Origin: Lama guanicoe
Taxonomy: Eukaryota
Reading direction: 5' to 3'
Assembly (NCBI GenBank): GCA_013239625.1
Contig: MU054212.1
Location: 930,001-994,000 of the forward strand
Length of the DNA: 64,000 nucleotides
Part shown: positions 23,254 through 35,270 of the stretch, piece by piece
Position numbering within the stretch: the stretch's first letter is position 1
How the letters are laid out: every line of letters starts with the position of its first letter
The notes under the pieces: model-generated
Databases searched by the model: none
Told to the model about the DNA's origin: nothing
Seen by the model: only the letters and a program-made list of their open reading frames with translations
Translations under genes and position numbers: made by a program

Positions 23254-26159
23254 GTAACCCGTCCTGCCCCGCGAGTTCCTCTGTAGCTGGGTGGTCAGGA
23301 AGGAGGTCAGCGTTGGGAGCTTTGGTTTCCATCTGACTTGGAAAGTTGTTTCATTTCTGAGATTGAGCTTGAAAACCAGCAGGTAACTAGTTGCGTGACT
23401 GAGCCTCACCCACAGCGTGGGTACTGGAAGGCTTCTCCGTAGGCAGCGTCTTGAAAATGTTGCATTTTCTTGAAAGGCTGTAGGTTCTACTTACCATTTT
23501 GGCTCAGATTCACGTAAAGCACAACCTTTTTATTTTATTCTCAGTCACCCCCATGTGGTGTCGTGAACCCACTGCTCTCACCTTAAACACTGTGTGGGGT
23601 ACACGGGGGCCTGGCGCAGGGAAAGAGACTGTTCTCTATTACACTTGCTGTCACCACATGCCCTTCAGAACCGGGAATAACTAATGCTTGGTGATCGTCA
23701 GGTGAAAAATAGTTTGACAAAGGAATCTCACATTCACCCTGATGAAGTTTATCTCTTCCAAGAGCTCTGACAAGGGCTTATTAAAAATTGTTTTCTTTGC
23801 GTAATATTTTAATATGTATGCAAATGTTCAGAGGATGCTGTAATTAAAGAGTTAATGCCAGGGATGTTTCCACATGAGGTTAATTGTAGAATAAATGGCA
23901 CTGGAGGCAGAGTCTCTTGAGAGAGCAGATGGGGAACTACGGTGAACTTTCCCAGTTCTTCGCCAAGGCCTTGAACATTTTGTAACCATCACATTCATGT
24001 TGCTTTTTGTCAAATCTAAGATGACCTGAGGTGGTTGGACGTTTTCCCAGTTTTGCAAATAAAAGAACTTATGAAAAGAGTAACTTTGGGTAGGTTAGAA
24101 CGGAAAATTTTATGAGACTCGATGAAATGGTTATTAAATTAACATCATGCTCTTGGCAACCCTAAAAAATAAACTGTGAAAGCATCTTTTCAAAATCTTA
24201 AAAAAAAATCGAAACTTCCCTTTACTCTGCGGTGTTAATTTAAAAAAAAAGTGATTATATTTGCATTTTTATAGGAGCACTGGATGGCCCCCCAAAGTTC
24301 CCCAGAATGTTGTGTCATCTCTAGGTGACATCAGCAACCACGGGGACATACACTCCCAGATGGGTGGGTCACCTCACCACCTGAGTCCTGGGGACTGCTG
24401 GCCACCGAGGCTAGGGCAGGGCTTCTCTATACCCCATCCACCCAAGCCCACCCCCCATTTCAGTCTCTGACCCCTTCCGCCTTCCAGATCAAGGCTCGAT
24501 CCCTGCTCCACAGGATACAAAGTGCAGATGGCTAAGTGGAAGGAGGGAACGTTCCTAATGACCTTCATGACTCTCAGGAGAGACTGAGACTATCTGTGCC
24601 AAACAGAGGGGTGATCTCAAAACTGAGAGAAGACACCCTTGCAGGATTTCATGTGCCATAGGCGTTGGTTCAGGACCTTTGTCTGCATGCTGTTTGGGGG
24701 CAAGAAGTGCATGATATTCTGCAGATCATTTTAGCTCTGGACGTGGTGACACCAGAGTTCTCCATCATTAGATTTCCAAGCAGTATTACACTAGACTAGG
24801 AATCACTTTTTATTGTATTTAACCTCTCCCAGGAAAGTCCCATGGTATCTTTTTACTTGTCTAAAATATTTCCTTTTTCTCTACTTTGCATGTCATGTGG
24901 ATAAGTGAAAATGACCAGGCTACAAGTACCGTGGTCCAAAAGTATGGTGCAATTGGAAAATATTTGACCCATAAAAGCCTATTTCAAATGACAGACCCTT
25001 TCAACATTGCAGCTTCTCCTGCTGAGGTTTGAACCTTTCCCAGCATTTCTCAAATGAGGCCTAACTATGTTATTAAAAAAAAAAAAACAATATCCCAGCA
25101 GAAAAGTCGTGGTTCTCAGAGGAACACCACTTTTCAAAGCAGTGCTGTAATAAATCTGAGCTGCCCTCCGTAAGAAAGGTGATCATTAACAGTTCAGTCA
25201 ATACGGTTGTTACTTAGTCTGTTCTTAGTAAAAGTTGAGTAGAGGATAAGGATAAAACTGAATCTAAGGGAGTCACTTAATATGTTTAACTCCCAGAGTT
25301 ACACTTGAATCCAAAAGAAACGCATTTTAATTGACACTCGTATGTGACCCACACACATGTGTGAAAGGGCAAAGAGAATGACTGTTTATTGAGTTTGTAG
25401 TACATGCCACAAACCATATCCCATTTTAATTCTCACCCAAAGTCATTGTGTTAATCATTTCAAACATTTCCCGGAGTTGGTCATTTTCTTTTTGTCTGTA
25501 GTTCCAAGTTATATTTACAGATGGAAAAGTTGCTACCGAGGATGAAGTCAGAAACATTCCTCAAAAAATACTCCCTTTTATAGGTTTTACCACAAAGCTG
25601 TATTTTTTGGTTCAAAACTGTGACCTTTTAAATGCTCCTGAGCTCCACATGTCGTCTGATGGGACAGAGGGAAGGAGCACCGCTGGTAGAATGAGGAAGG
25701 AAGGATGGGGAGGAACAGACCCAGCTTCCAAAGGCAGACTCAAGGTTTCTCAGCCGCGTTACTGACGCCACGTGAGGTGGTCGTTGTGAAGCCAGTGGGC
25801 CACTTTATTCTCCAGTGGTACCAACAATGTTGATAAATTTCCAAGAAGGCTGTCTTGGAGATGGGATACACTGACCCTAGGGCTCTTTCTCCCCACGACT
25901 AAACCAAGAATTCCATATTTCCGGGTGGAGAAGGTGAGCAAGGCGTTAGCCTGAGAGGGGCAGCTCAGACCACAGTGGGAAAGTTCCTTTTCCCATACTG
26001 ATCATGAGCTGCATCTCTCCTAAACTCCACCTGTAGAGAAATTCATGTTGGCGACCCTGTGATAAACAAGGGGAAACTGAAGTGCAGTCAGCCACCCCGC
26101 TGGGCACAAAGTGAGGGAGACCAGGGGAATGAGGCTAAGAAACCCTTTTCCCCTTGCAG

Positions 26160-26268
26160 CATCCTCTGCCGGAGCGCCGTGACCGACGGCAGGGGGCGCC
26201 TCGCCGTGTACGAGCTGCTGGCAGACACGGACGTGCAGCTCAAAGCGCGGATGGCCCGATTCCTTCTG
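26160..26268 (+). CDS. LAMA3: Laminin alpha-3B exon ~25
   Basis: cag|CATC...CTG|gtacgc; SILCRSAVTDGRGRLAVYELLADTDVQLKARMARFLL; 109 nt. Confidence 0.95.
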
Positions 26269-26760
26269 GTACGCTTTTGCTTTGACCGCTAAATTTTAGA
26301 ACTTTATTGATAACCCATAGATATGTTTTAACGCTTATTAAAACTTTGTCTGGGGTTGCCTTACATCTATAAAATTAACCTGCGGAGAACTGCCAGTGTT
26401 ATGGCGTCTATTTCCCATCCAGAAATCTGTCTTGCCTCTTCATTTGCTTGAGACTTTTCTACAGGACCCCATAAAGTTTACTTGTTGAACTTGAACTCAC
26501 TTCACAAACCCATTTCTTTTAATTTGTTGTTAATATTATGAATGAAATATCTTTTGTCATTATGTTTCCTAGTTTATTATTATTGCTGGTGTATAGAAAT
26601 GCCATTAGTTACTACTTATTTTCTTTCCCACTTTACTATTTTATTATGTCTATTAGCTTTTTGGCAGATTCCTTCAGAACTTCCAAGGTTGTAATCACCT
26701 GGTTTTTTTTTTTTCCCCAGATCATAGTTACTGTATTTCAAGAAAGTGTTTTCAGTTAAT

Positions 26761-26864
26761 TATATATATATGTGTGTGTGTGTATGTATGTGTGTGTATA
26801 CATATATATACACATATATAGATGTATACACATATATATATATATACACACACACATATATATA
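26761..26864. repeat. Compound (TA)/(TG)/(CA) microsatellite
   Basis: TATATATATATGTGTGTGTG...TATATACACACACACATATATATAC. Confidence 0.9.
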
Positions 26865-27300
26865 CTGTTAAGAGTTAAAATGCCAGCTTTGGCAGATTAA
26901 AAATACCTTTTTAATAGCATAACTTAAATAGTGAGAATTGTGATAAACAGAGGCGTGGGATTTGGGCTAGAACGGGTGGTCAGATTTACAGTAAGTATCT
27001 CAAGGAACAGAAGATTAAGTATGAAGCAACTTCCTGTTACTGCTAATGTTAAGCATGTCTTACACCCCGGGAAATGCTGGGCCAGCCTGTTCTAATCTGT
27101 TGTAAATGTTTGTGCTTGACAGTATTAAAAATGTCGTGCTTTTTCCTAAGAACTACCTGGAATTCAGTTTTTAAAGTGATGGCTTTTTAAAATGATGGCT
27201 CTCTTTTTTAAACATCACGATTCAAGTGAAGCTTAACTTCTTCATCTTTGAAAATTATAATGGGGCTGAATGTTCATCTTTCAAGAATACGTTTGCCTTT

Positions 27301-27415
27301 TGAGGGGGAAGGTAACTAGGTTTATTTATTCACTTTTAGAAGAGGTACTGGGGATTGAACCAAGGACCCTGTGCATGCTAAGCATGTGCTCTACCACTTG
27401 AGCTGTAGCCTCCCC
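27301..27415 (-). mobile_element. Camelid-type tRNA-derived SINE (Vic-1-like)
   Basis: Reverse complement GGGGAGGCTACAGCTCAAGTGGTAGAGCACATGCTTAGCATGCACAGGGTCCTTGGTTCAATCCCCAGTACCTC with Pol III A/B boxes; degenerate TSD ATACGTTTGCCTTT / ATGCATTTGCCCTT. Confidence 0.8.
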
Positions 27416-28147
27416 ATGCATTTGCCCTTTATGAAACAGATGTCAATCAGGGTCAAAGCTGACTAGAATATAAGTTCCAAGAAGACAGAAGTACTGTCCA
27501 TCTTAGCCTTATAGGATCCCCTAGTCTCAGCACTGGGCATGTAGCAAGTATTCAATGAAAATTTTGTTGTTACTGAATAGCTTTGTGATCAAGTTAGTAA
27601 TAGTTTTGATTTAAAAGGAAATGTATTAAGTTAATGACCAAGTTTCTTGTCTGACTCAAAAACTAGCTCTGGGGTCAGAGTCCCAGTGGGCCTGAGACAC
27701 GAGTCGTCTTCTGCTGAGAAGGATTGTTTGTATCAGGAACTGCCCCCTCTCTGAACAGCAGGCTCCCTGGCTGCCCACCACGTCTCCCTCCCCCTGCCAA
27801 GGGGTCTGAAGAACCAGCGTGGGCCCAGGGCAGGAGGGAAAACACAGGCCCAAAAGTTGCTGACAAGGAGTTGTGCTTGCACTTCTACGTGATTTTGTTT
27901 ATTTACATAGTTATTCTGAGAGTAAGTTAGTCAGCGATCCTGGACAACAGTAAAAAGGATTTGTTGCATGTAATGAGGCCATGGAGTGCCATCCTGTGAT
28001 TTGTACAGCTTTAAAATAAAACTTAAAATTTCTCTGGAGGAATTCTTAACAGCTTTTTTTTTTCTTTTAAAAAAGAGCATGTTTGGCCATAACCTTGGCT
28101 TTGCTGATAACTGGGATGTACCTTCTTGTATTGTATTTGCTCAACAG

Positions 28148-28245
28148 CATCAAATTTGTATCATACCCACTGAAGAATTCTCAACGGAGTACTTGAGACC
28201 TCAGGTCAAATGCATTGCCAGTTATGGGCGATTTGTTAATCAAAG
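28148..28245 (+). CDS. LAMA3: Laminin alpha-3B exon ~26
   Basis: cag|CATCAA...CAAAG|gtaaag; HQICIIPTEEFSTEYLRPQVKCIASYGRFVNQ; 98 nt. Confidence 0.95.
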
Positions 28246-29121
28246 GTAAAGTGTTTCCTTCCTTTATCCTGTGTTTGTGCTGAGTGATCCTGTAATGCTT
28301 TGAAGGCCACAGCTTTATGCTTAACTTCAGAAGTGATCACAGGCCAAGGTACTAAAGGCTGGTGATAGATTAAAAAAACCAAAAAACAAAAAAAGCACCT
28401 CATTTATTCCAGCAGTCTTTCCAGAATTCCGTAATATCAGGATGCTGACACAGTAAAAACTGGGTGAAATGTTTGAGCCTCTCCCTCCTGGGCAGTTACT
28501 CTGAGTTCTGTTCTGCACCCTCGCAGAGTCTCACTTTGTTCCAATCCTTTAATCTCTGTGTCTGAGACTCTTCATTTAAAAAACCATGAAAGAAATAATG
28601 ACACATCTCACAACTATGTTAGCTAACCAATGGTTATTGGGATTTGGGGAAGGGTGTTTCAATGGAGATTCAAAAACAATTTATGGACACAGTCATGAAA
28701 TCTTATGCATATGGTTGAAACCACCAAGATGATGAAACCTGGCTGTGCCTAAAAGAAATGATGCGTATTTGTTCTGTTTTTATATAGCTTTATGCCAGCA
28801 GTGATGTTTAGAGGTGAATAACAGTTTCATTGCATTGATCTCATTCAACAATGAATTTTAGTCCTAGAGAGGGAAGTTTCCATAAGCTTCTGTTAGCTTA
28901 CTTTCCTTCAAAATTAAGACTTTTGTTTTCTGCCTTAGGTCGCTGTATTAAGCAGGCAGCTGGGTACACTTGGCCAGACTGTGCACTGAGTGTCTTGGTA
29001 CAGAGGTCTCCACAGGCCTGTGGGTCTCTCAAGACTGGACCCTTCGAATGCTTAGAATCTGCATCTTCCCCAATGGACAGTTCTTCTGGTTTGGGTTATT
29101 TTTCAGTATTTTATTTTTCAG

Positions 29122-29266
29122 TGCCACTTGCGTCTCCCTGGTCCCCGAAACTCCTCCAACAGCATTAATTTTGGATGTCCCAGCTGGCGGGTCTTCCCCT
29201 CGCCTGTCCCAGGATCCTTCACCTTCTGCAGGAGCTGTTACTGGAGTCACCTTGAAGGCACCGCAG
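29122..29266 (+). CDS. LAMA3: Laminin alpha-3B exon ~27
   Basis: cag|TGCC...CAG|gtagga; SATCVSLVPETPPTALILDVPAGGSSPRLSQDPSPSAGAVTGVTLKAPQ; 145 nt. Confidence 0.92.
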
Positions 29267-29299
29267 GTAGGACTCCGCCTGAGTGTGTTGCTCCTAAAC

Positions 29300-29500
29300 C
29301 AGTGGTTCTCAAAGTGTGGCCCCAGCCAGCAGTGTCCTCATCCCCTGGGAACTTGTTAGAAGTGCAAATCTGCCAGCCCCACCTCAGGACACTCTGAATC
29401 AGAGAATTCTATTGAATCAGACACCCTGGAGGTAGGGCCCAGGAATCTGGGTTTTAACAAACCTTCCAGGGTCTTGGATGCCCACATTTGAGCATCTCTG
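29300..29500. mobile_element. MER5A hAT-Charlie MITE
   Basis: TIR-like ends CAGTGGTTCTCAAA / TTTGAGCATCTCTG; internal CTGGGAACTTGTTAGAAGTGCAAAT..GGCCCAGGAATCTG..TTTTAACAA. Confidence 0.85.
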
Positions 29501-30844
29501 CACAGGCATGAGGCATCCAGTTAATCCTGTTTGTGGCCATCCCATCCTGACACTCTCTTTCCCTCCTGTATCGCTGTCCACACAGTCGTTTGGCAGTTTT
29601 TCATGGCCCATCTTAGGACAGCTCATATTTTCATGGACTAGTGCAATTGAACATTCTTGAGTTTATTCATTATATTCCCAAATTAGAATATAAGCACTTT
29701 TAGAAAGTGTTCTAACACTTTTTTTTTTCTGCAACCCCAACATGAAGACAGGAAATTCCCTAAAAACACATACCGATTAATCATCTAGAGCACAGAGATG
29801 AAGTATAGGAAAGGAATGCACCTTTTTCACTGTAAACTGCAAAATGGCAGAACTTAATGTTTGTTCTAATGACAGTGTGTCCTTTTCATCCTAGCGATGG
29901 CTCATGTCAGTTCACTTTGCATTGAGATAGGAAATGAACAGGCTCCGGGGGAGAAAATTTAATAAGATCCCATATGGGGAAGGCAGCCTAGAATAGTAGG
30001 GGGAAATGAGTTGAAATCATGACAATAGACTTCTTGTCCTGGTTTTGCTATCAAATTAGTGTATGACCTTTAGTAAGTTACTCACCCTCCAAGGTACAGC
30101 TCTCATCTGAAAGATAATCTTTTATTGTTGTTATTCTTGTAGTTTTTTGTTTTTTGAGAGTTTGAAAAGACTCATTACTCACATGGTGAGGCTTTCTGGG
30201 GAGAGCAGGGCTCACACACAAGCGTGAGCAAGGGTTGGGAGATGACTGGTTTTCATTGTGGGTAGGCAAGAGTTGGGGTGGGTGGGAGCGGACCAGGTGA
30301 GGCTGCCTCTCCCATGGGCTAGAATTTGTGTGGTTTGAACTTCCCGCCTGTGCCAAGGCATGAACACCTGGACTTTCGTATCAGCTTTTCCAGGTGTGGG
30401 ACAAAGACAAAAGGTGAGTGATGGAGCTTGAAAACTGTCAAACAAAAAACGGAGTCTGACTCTTTGTTAGGCTGTTATTACAAGCAGTGCTTGGATACAA
30501 GGAGCGTTCTTGTACGGCCTTTTGCAGGCATAGTGTGCCCTTCTGTTGCTATTACCTGGGAATGCAGTCGCTCAGTTAGATGTTCGACTTCGGTCAGACT
30601 ACCACGCAGTTTTCCAAAGTGGTCGTACCCTGTGACACTCACTCCAACCTCACGTATGGTTGTGCCGCAGCTGGTTTGTCCATTCTGTGCAGAGGGCCAT
30701 TTGGTTTGTTCTCTCTGTCTGTGATTGCAGATAAAGCTGCGACAAACGTTCAAGGCAAGGTTTTGTGTGAACAGGGGTTTTCACTTTAGTTGGGTAAACA
30801 CCTAGGTTGTTTTGGTTTTTAACCTCGAAATACCCCGTGATTCT

Positions 30845-31270
30845 GTGTAATTCGGCCGTTTGCAAAGGTTGGACCTAAAGAGTATTATGCTTAGTGAAAT
30901 TAGACAGAAAAAGACAAATACTCTATGTTATCACTTAAATATGAAGTCTAAAAAATAAGACAAACAAATGTATATAACAAAATAGAAGCCGACTCACAGA
31001 GATAGAAAACAAACGGGTGGTTACCAGTGGGGAGAGGTAAGGGAGGAGGGGTAAGGTAGGGGGAGGGGCTTAAGTGATGCAAACTATTATATATAAAATA
31101 GGGACACAACAAGGATATATTGTAGAGCACACGGAATGCAGCTGTCATCTTGTAATAACTTTAAATGGGGTGGCATCTATAAAAAATATTGAATCACAAT
31201 GTTGTACACCTGAAACTAATATAACATTGTACATAAACTATACCTCAATAAAAATGAAATGAAATAAAAT
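30845..31270 (+). mobile_element. LINE-1 3' fragment with TSD
   Basis: GGACCTAAAGAGTATTATGCTTAGTGAAAT...GTTGTACACCTGAAACTAATATAACATTG..CAATAAAA; flanked by AAATACCCCGTGATTCT (30828-30844) and AAATATCCTGTGATTCT (31271-31287). Confidence 0.88.
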
Positions 31271-31349
31271 AAATATCCTGTGATTCTAATTATTCATAGC
31301 TCTGCATGATGAGGTTTTTTTTTTTTTCCCTCCTCTTTTTCACACATAG

Positions 31350-31476
31350 AACCAAGTGACCCTGAGAGGGCCCGTACCACGTCCTGGCCGGTATGTCATT
31401 GTCATCCACTTTTATCAACCAGCGCACCCAACATTCCCGGCGCAGGTGTCTGTGGACGGGGGGCGGCTGCAGCCAG
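31350..31476 (+). CDS. LAMA3: Laminin alpha-3B exon ~28
   Basis: tag|AACCAA...CCAG|gtgagc; NQVTLRGPVPRPGRYVIVIHFYQPAHPTFPAQVSVDGGRLQP; 127 nt. Confidence 0.95.
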
Positions 31477-31556
31477 GTGAGCTGCGGGGAGCAGGCCGGC
31501 TGCGGGGCTCACCTGTCCCGGCAGGGGTGTGACAGGAACACTCTTCCCACCCCCAG

Positions 31557-31696
31557 GTGTCTTTCACGCTGCTTTCTGCCCCCACATGCTTGGCTGCCGG
31601 GACCAAGTGATCACGGGAGATCAGGCTGAGTTTGACGTCTCGGAGCCTGAGGTGGCCGTGACTGTGAAGCTTCCAGAAGGAAAGTCCTTAGTGCTG
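31557..31696 (+). CDS. LAMA3: Laminin alpha-3B exon ~29
   Basis: cag|GTGTC...CTG|gtgcgt; GVFHAAFCPHMLGCRDQVITGDQAEFDVSEPEVAVTVKLPEGKSLVL; 140 nt, after an 80-nt intron. Confidence 0.95.
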
Positions 31697-33196
31697 GTGC
31701 GTCCTTTTTGTTCCTCAGCTGGCTTTTCACCTGGTTGCCTTAGTCAGCCATTCTGTGTATCTGTTTTGGCTCATGGCAGCAGTCCCTCCAAGAAATTGAA
31801 GTCATGTTAATAGAAAAGTGTTTAAATTTTATAGCGACCTTTTACAAAAAAAAAAGTGTGTGACAATGAAAGTGAAGGGAAGTGGGAATAGTGGAGAAGT
31901 GGTTAGGAAGGAAATGCGCCCCCTGCTGAGCTGTGCTGAGCGTGGGTGTCTCTCTCCAGCAGCCCCGCCTCCCCCCTCATCTGACAGCTCTCTCTCAGAA
32001 CCCTCCTTTGTTGTGGAAACTTTCTGGTTTTGGCTTCCCTAGCTGCTTTCTCTGGGTTTTTCTCACTTTCCCGAGTGCCCCTTCAGTGGTTTCTCTTCCT
32101 CTTTGTCCCCGTATATTGGCGTACCCTTGAGTTCGACACGGAGCCCTCTTGTTCTATTACTTCTCTTCGCATAACGTCATCTGCACCTGCCGACCTTGTT
32201 CTGCCCTCTGTGGGAATGACACTCACACTGGTGAGCTCACTTCCAATCTTCCCCAAGCCCGCAGACCATCCACTGCGTGTCTCCAGTAGCCAGAGATCTG
32301 CAAGTCCCTCCGACTTAGCCTGTTAACTGCACAGCCCCAGGCACCCCCTCCCCTGCTCATTACCTTGGTTGACGGAACCATGGTCACTTCCTGACCTTCG
32401 AGAGTCAGGAAGCACTGCCCAGGCTCTGCTCTGTGGCCGTCCAGTTCCTGCTCAAGCCTCCTCACACTTGGAGGATGTCATCTTCCTAGGGACAGGGGCC
32501 TGACTTCATTCATTTTGTGTCCCCTGTGCCTGGAACACCGTCTGGCACAAGTGCTTGGCAAATGTTTACTGAATAACGAGAGCAACAGACGTTGTAAGCT
32601 GTGAGTTGGTGAGTAGTTGACAAAGATGTTTGAAGTTTCCCACAGCGTTTGTTACTGGCACAGTCTGATGTATACAGATACAGAGAGCCAAGCAGGATTT
32701 TCCAAGACCGGGGCTACAATTATTGATGAGAGAGTGTCTGACAGGATGTCAGTTTCAGGGGCAAGTCAGTGTGTGAGTTTCCCCGTTGGTCCTGCCATTC
32801 TGGCTTGCTCGCCTTTAAAAATACAGATACAACCCCTGGGGATCCAGGGTCATCTTGGATCACACGAATCAGATGGGGCCCTGGCCATCCCAACAGGCCC
32901 CGGCTTCCTGGCGACGTCTCCTGTCCCCGCCCAGCACCGGACGCTGCTGCCTCTCTGAGCAGGTCCTCCAGGGGGTCTGCCCTCACTTGTGGTCACTTCC
33001 AACACGGAAGCGTGGCCTGAGCCTTCAACACTGGCGTAGGGTGGTTCTTGTGATTCTTTTTTCATAAATCCTTTTCCATTTGGTCTTGGGCTTAGCAATA
33101 AAGAATGTTGATCTTAGTGGAGAGGCTATCTGATGAAGAGCAGTAGGTGTGCTGTGCTGTTGGAAATCCAAAGACATGCCCACAGCTTCCCTTTAG

Positions 33197-33312
33197 GTCC
33201 GAGTTCTAGTGATGCCTGCGGAGAATTACGACTACCAGATACTTCACAGAAAATCAGTGGACAAGTCATTTGAGTTTATCACCAATTGTGGAAGAGACAG
33301 TTTTTATATTGA
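33197..33312 (+). CDS. LAMA3: Laminin alpha-3B exon ~30
   Basis: tag|GTCCGA...ATTGA|gtaagt; VRVLVMPAENYDYQILHRKSVDKSFEFITNCGRDSFYI; 116 nt. Confidence 0.96.
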
Positions 33313-33959
33313 GTAAGTATCACTTTGTGGAAAGACCCAGGGAGGGGCTGGCCCTTGGGTCTGTCTGCTTTCTCCGGGCTCCCAGGGGAGTGGCAAGGAG
33401 GCCCGGGTCCTCGTCACGCACCCCTCGGTGGGATTTCCCTCCTCAGCCTCGGTCTCAGCAGCTCACCCTCCACGCTGGGACTCACAGGCTGCGTGGGAGT
33501 TTCTCGTCCTCTTTGTTGCTTCCTGTTGGCCAGTTCAGATTCCTAGAAGATCCTACACAGGGCGCCCTCCACTGGGAGGCACAGCAGCCCTGATCTGGTT
33601 CTCCTCTGCCCTCTGATTGAGTGAGGAGTGTCCCATCCTCCCTCTGTGGGTCCCTGAATGCTAAGAGCCTAGAACAGCCCCAGGTGTCAGCTCCTGCCAT
33701 CTCTTCTGCAGACCCACTCTGCTCCCTTGTGGGTTTCCTGAGGATCCAAGGGGCCAGAAGCATCCTGTACAGAAAATACCAAGAGCAAAGGCCCTGAGGT
33801 CAAACAGCTCTGGACTTAAGTCCAGGGTGGGGTATTCTCTCACTTCTTTCCAGATTCCAGAGCCAGAGCACTGCTTGGTGGAGCACACGGGAAGAAGGAG
33901 GGTGGGACCATTTCTGGGCACGTCTCCCAGGATATCACTATGAGTTTTTGTCTCCACAG

Positions 33960-34171
33960 CCCCCAGAAAGCGTCTGGATTCTGTAAGAACTCCAGCAGGT
34001 CCCTGGTGGCCCTTTACCACGAGGGTGCACTGCCTTGTGAGTGCCACTCGTCTGGGGCCATTGGCCATCACTGCAGCCCCGAGGGCGGGCAGTGCCCGTG
34101 CCGGCCCCACGTCATTGGGCGACAGTGTACCCGCTGTCAAGTGGGCTACTACGGATTCCCACATTGCAAGC
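33960..34171 (+). CDS. LAMA3: Laminin alpha-3B exon ~31 (LE)
   Basis: cag|CCCC...AAGC|gtaagt; DPQKASGFCKNSSRSLVALYHEGALPCECHSSGAIGHHCSPEGGQCPCRPHVIGRQCTRCQVGYYGFPHCK; 212 nt. Confidence 0.96.
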
Positions 34172-34216
34172 GTAAGTGCATGTTCGGGTCAACCAAGGTC
34201 ATCTCTAGTCCCAGGG

Positions 34217-34373
34217 CAGGGCTTCTCGAATTTCACTGTGCTGGAGACTCACCTGGGAATCTTGCAGATTCTGACTCAGGAAGCCTGGGCTGGGGCCTGA
34301 GAGCCTGCATCTCCAATAATCACTCAGGTGATGCTCATGCTGCGGTTCATGGACCACACTCTGAGTAGCAAGG
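34217..34373. mobile_element. MER5A/MER5A1-like MITE
   Basis: TCACCTGGGAATCTTGCAGATTCTGACTCAG..CTGGGCTGGGGCCTGAGA..CAGGTGATGCT..GGACCACACTCTGAGTAGCAAGG. Confidence 0.8.
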
Positions 34374-35065
34374 TTCTAGAAGATAAATATTTGTGCTTCC
34401 CATGTTATGTGGCCCATGCACTTGGCAAAGCAGATGAATGTAAATAGCCTTAAGCATCGAAATATCAGACAGCTCAGTCTCCTTTCTAACGGGAGCCTCT
34501 TCAGTTTTTGCAGCCTAAGCAAAACTCAGTTGAGGGCGGAGGAGAGCCAGGGTCACAGGGCGCACTCCTCACTGAACGAGGAGCCCACGGACCTTCCTCT
34601 GAGAACAGTCCTGCAGCCCTAGACACAGCTTAGCCTGGGCGATGGGAGGGCTGTGGGTGTGGTGCAGACGGAGTCCCTGTACGGAGGCCTTTGCCTGGTG
34701 AGGGCCCCACTGCTGTGTCGTGCCCTGACCTTGGGCTCAGTGCACTGGGGTGATATGGAGCCCTGCAGACCCTGTGACCAAAGACAGGCCTTATGTTAGA
34801 ATGACCCACAACTGCAGCTCGGGGGTAGGTCTGGCTGTCCTCACTCAGCGTCTGCACACTGTGTCCACCAGAACCATTTGGTTTAGTTAATCTTGGCCCC
34901 AAGAAGAGGGCTTTTCAGATCAGCCACGCTCAGCAATGCCATAATGAAGGAAAAGCAACACCTTTCTCCCAGGCCCCGTGGAAGCTTCTGTAGAGCCTGG
35001 TGCAGTCCTGCTGGAGGTCAGGGGGCTTCTAACTTATACACTGTGTCCCTTCCTCCTCTGGCCAG

Positions 35066-35270
35066 CATGCAGCTGTGGCCGGCGCCTTTGTGAGGAGACG
35101 ACAGGGAGGTGCCTGTGCCCTCCCCGCACGGTCCGGCCCCAGTGTGACACGTGCGAGACGCATTCCTTCAGCTTCCACCCGCTGGCCGGCTGCGAAGGCT
35201 GCAACTGTTCCAGGCCAGGCACCGACGGGGCTGCCACCCCGGACTGCGACAGGGACCACGGGCAGTGCAG
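35066..35270 (+). CDS. LAMA3: Laminin alpha-3B exon ~32 (LE)
   Basis: cag|CATGC...TGCAG|gtgagg; PCSCGRRLCEETTGRCLCPPRTVRPQCDTCETHSFSFHPLAGCEGCNCSRPGTDGAATPDCDRDHGQC; 205 nt. Confidence 0.96.

Noticed and set aside
27340..27415. tRNA-like sequence on the minus strand (also ~54395-54470)
   Set aside because: It has a SINE tail, TSDs and a degenerate cloverleaf, so it is a tRNA-derived SINE rather than a tRNA gene
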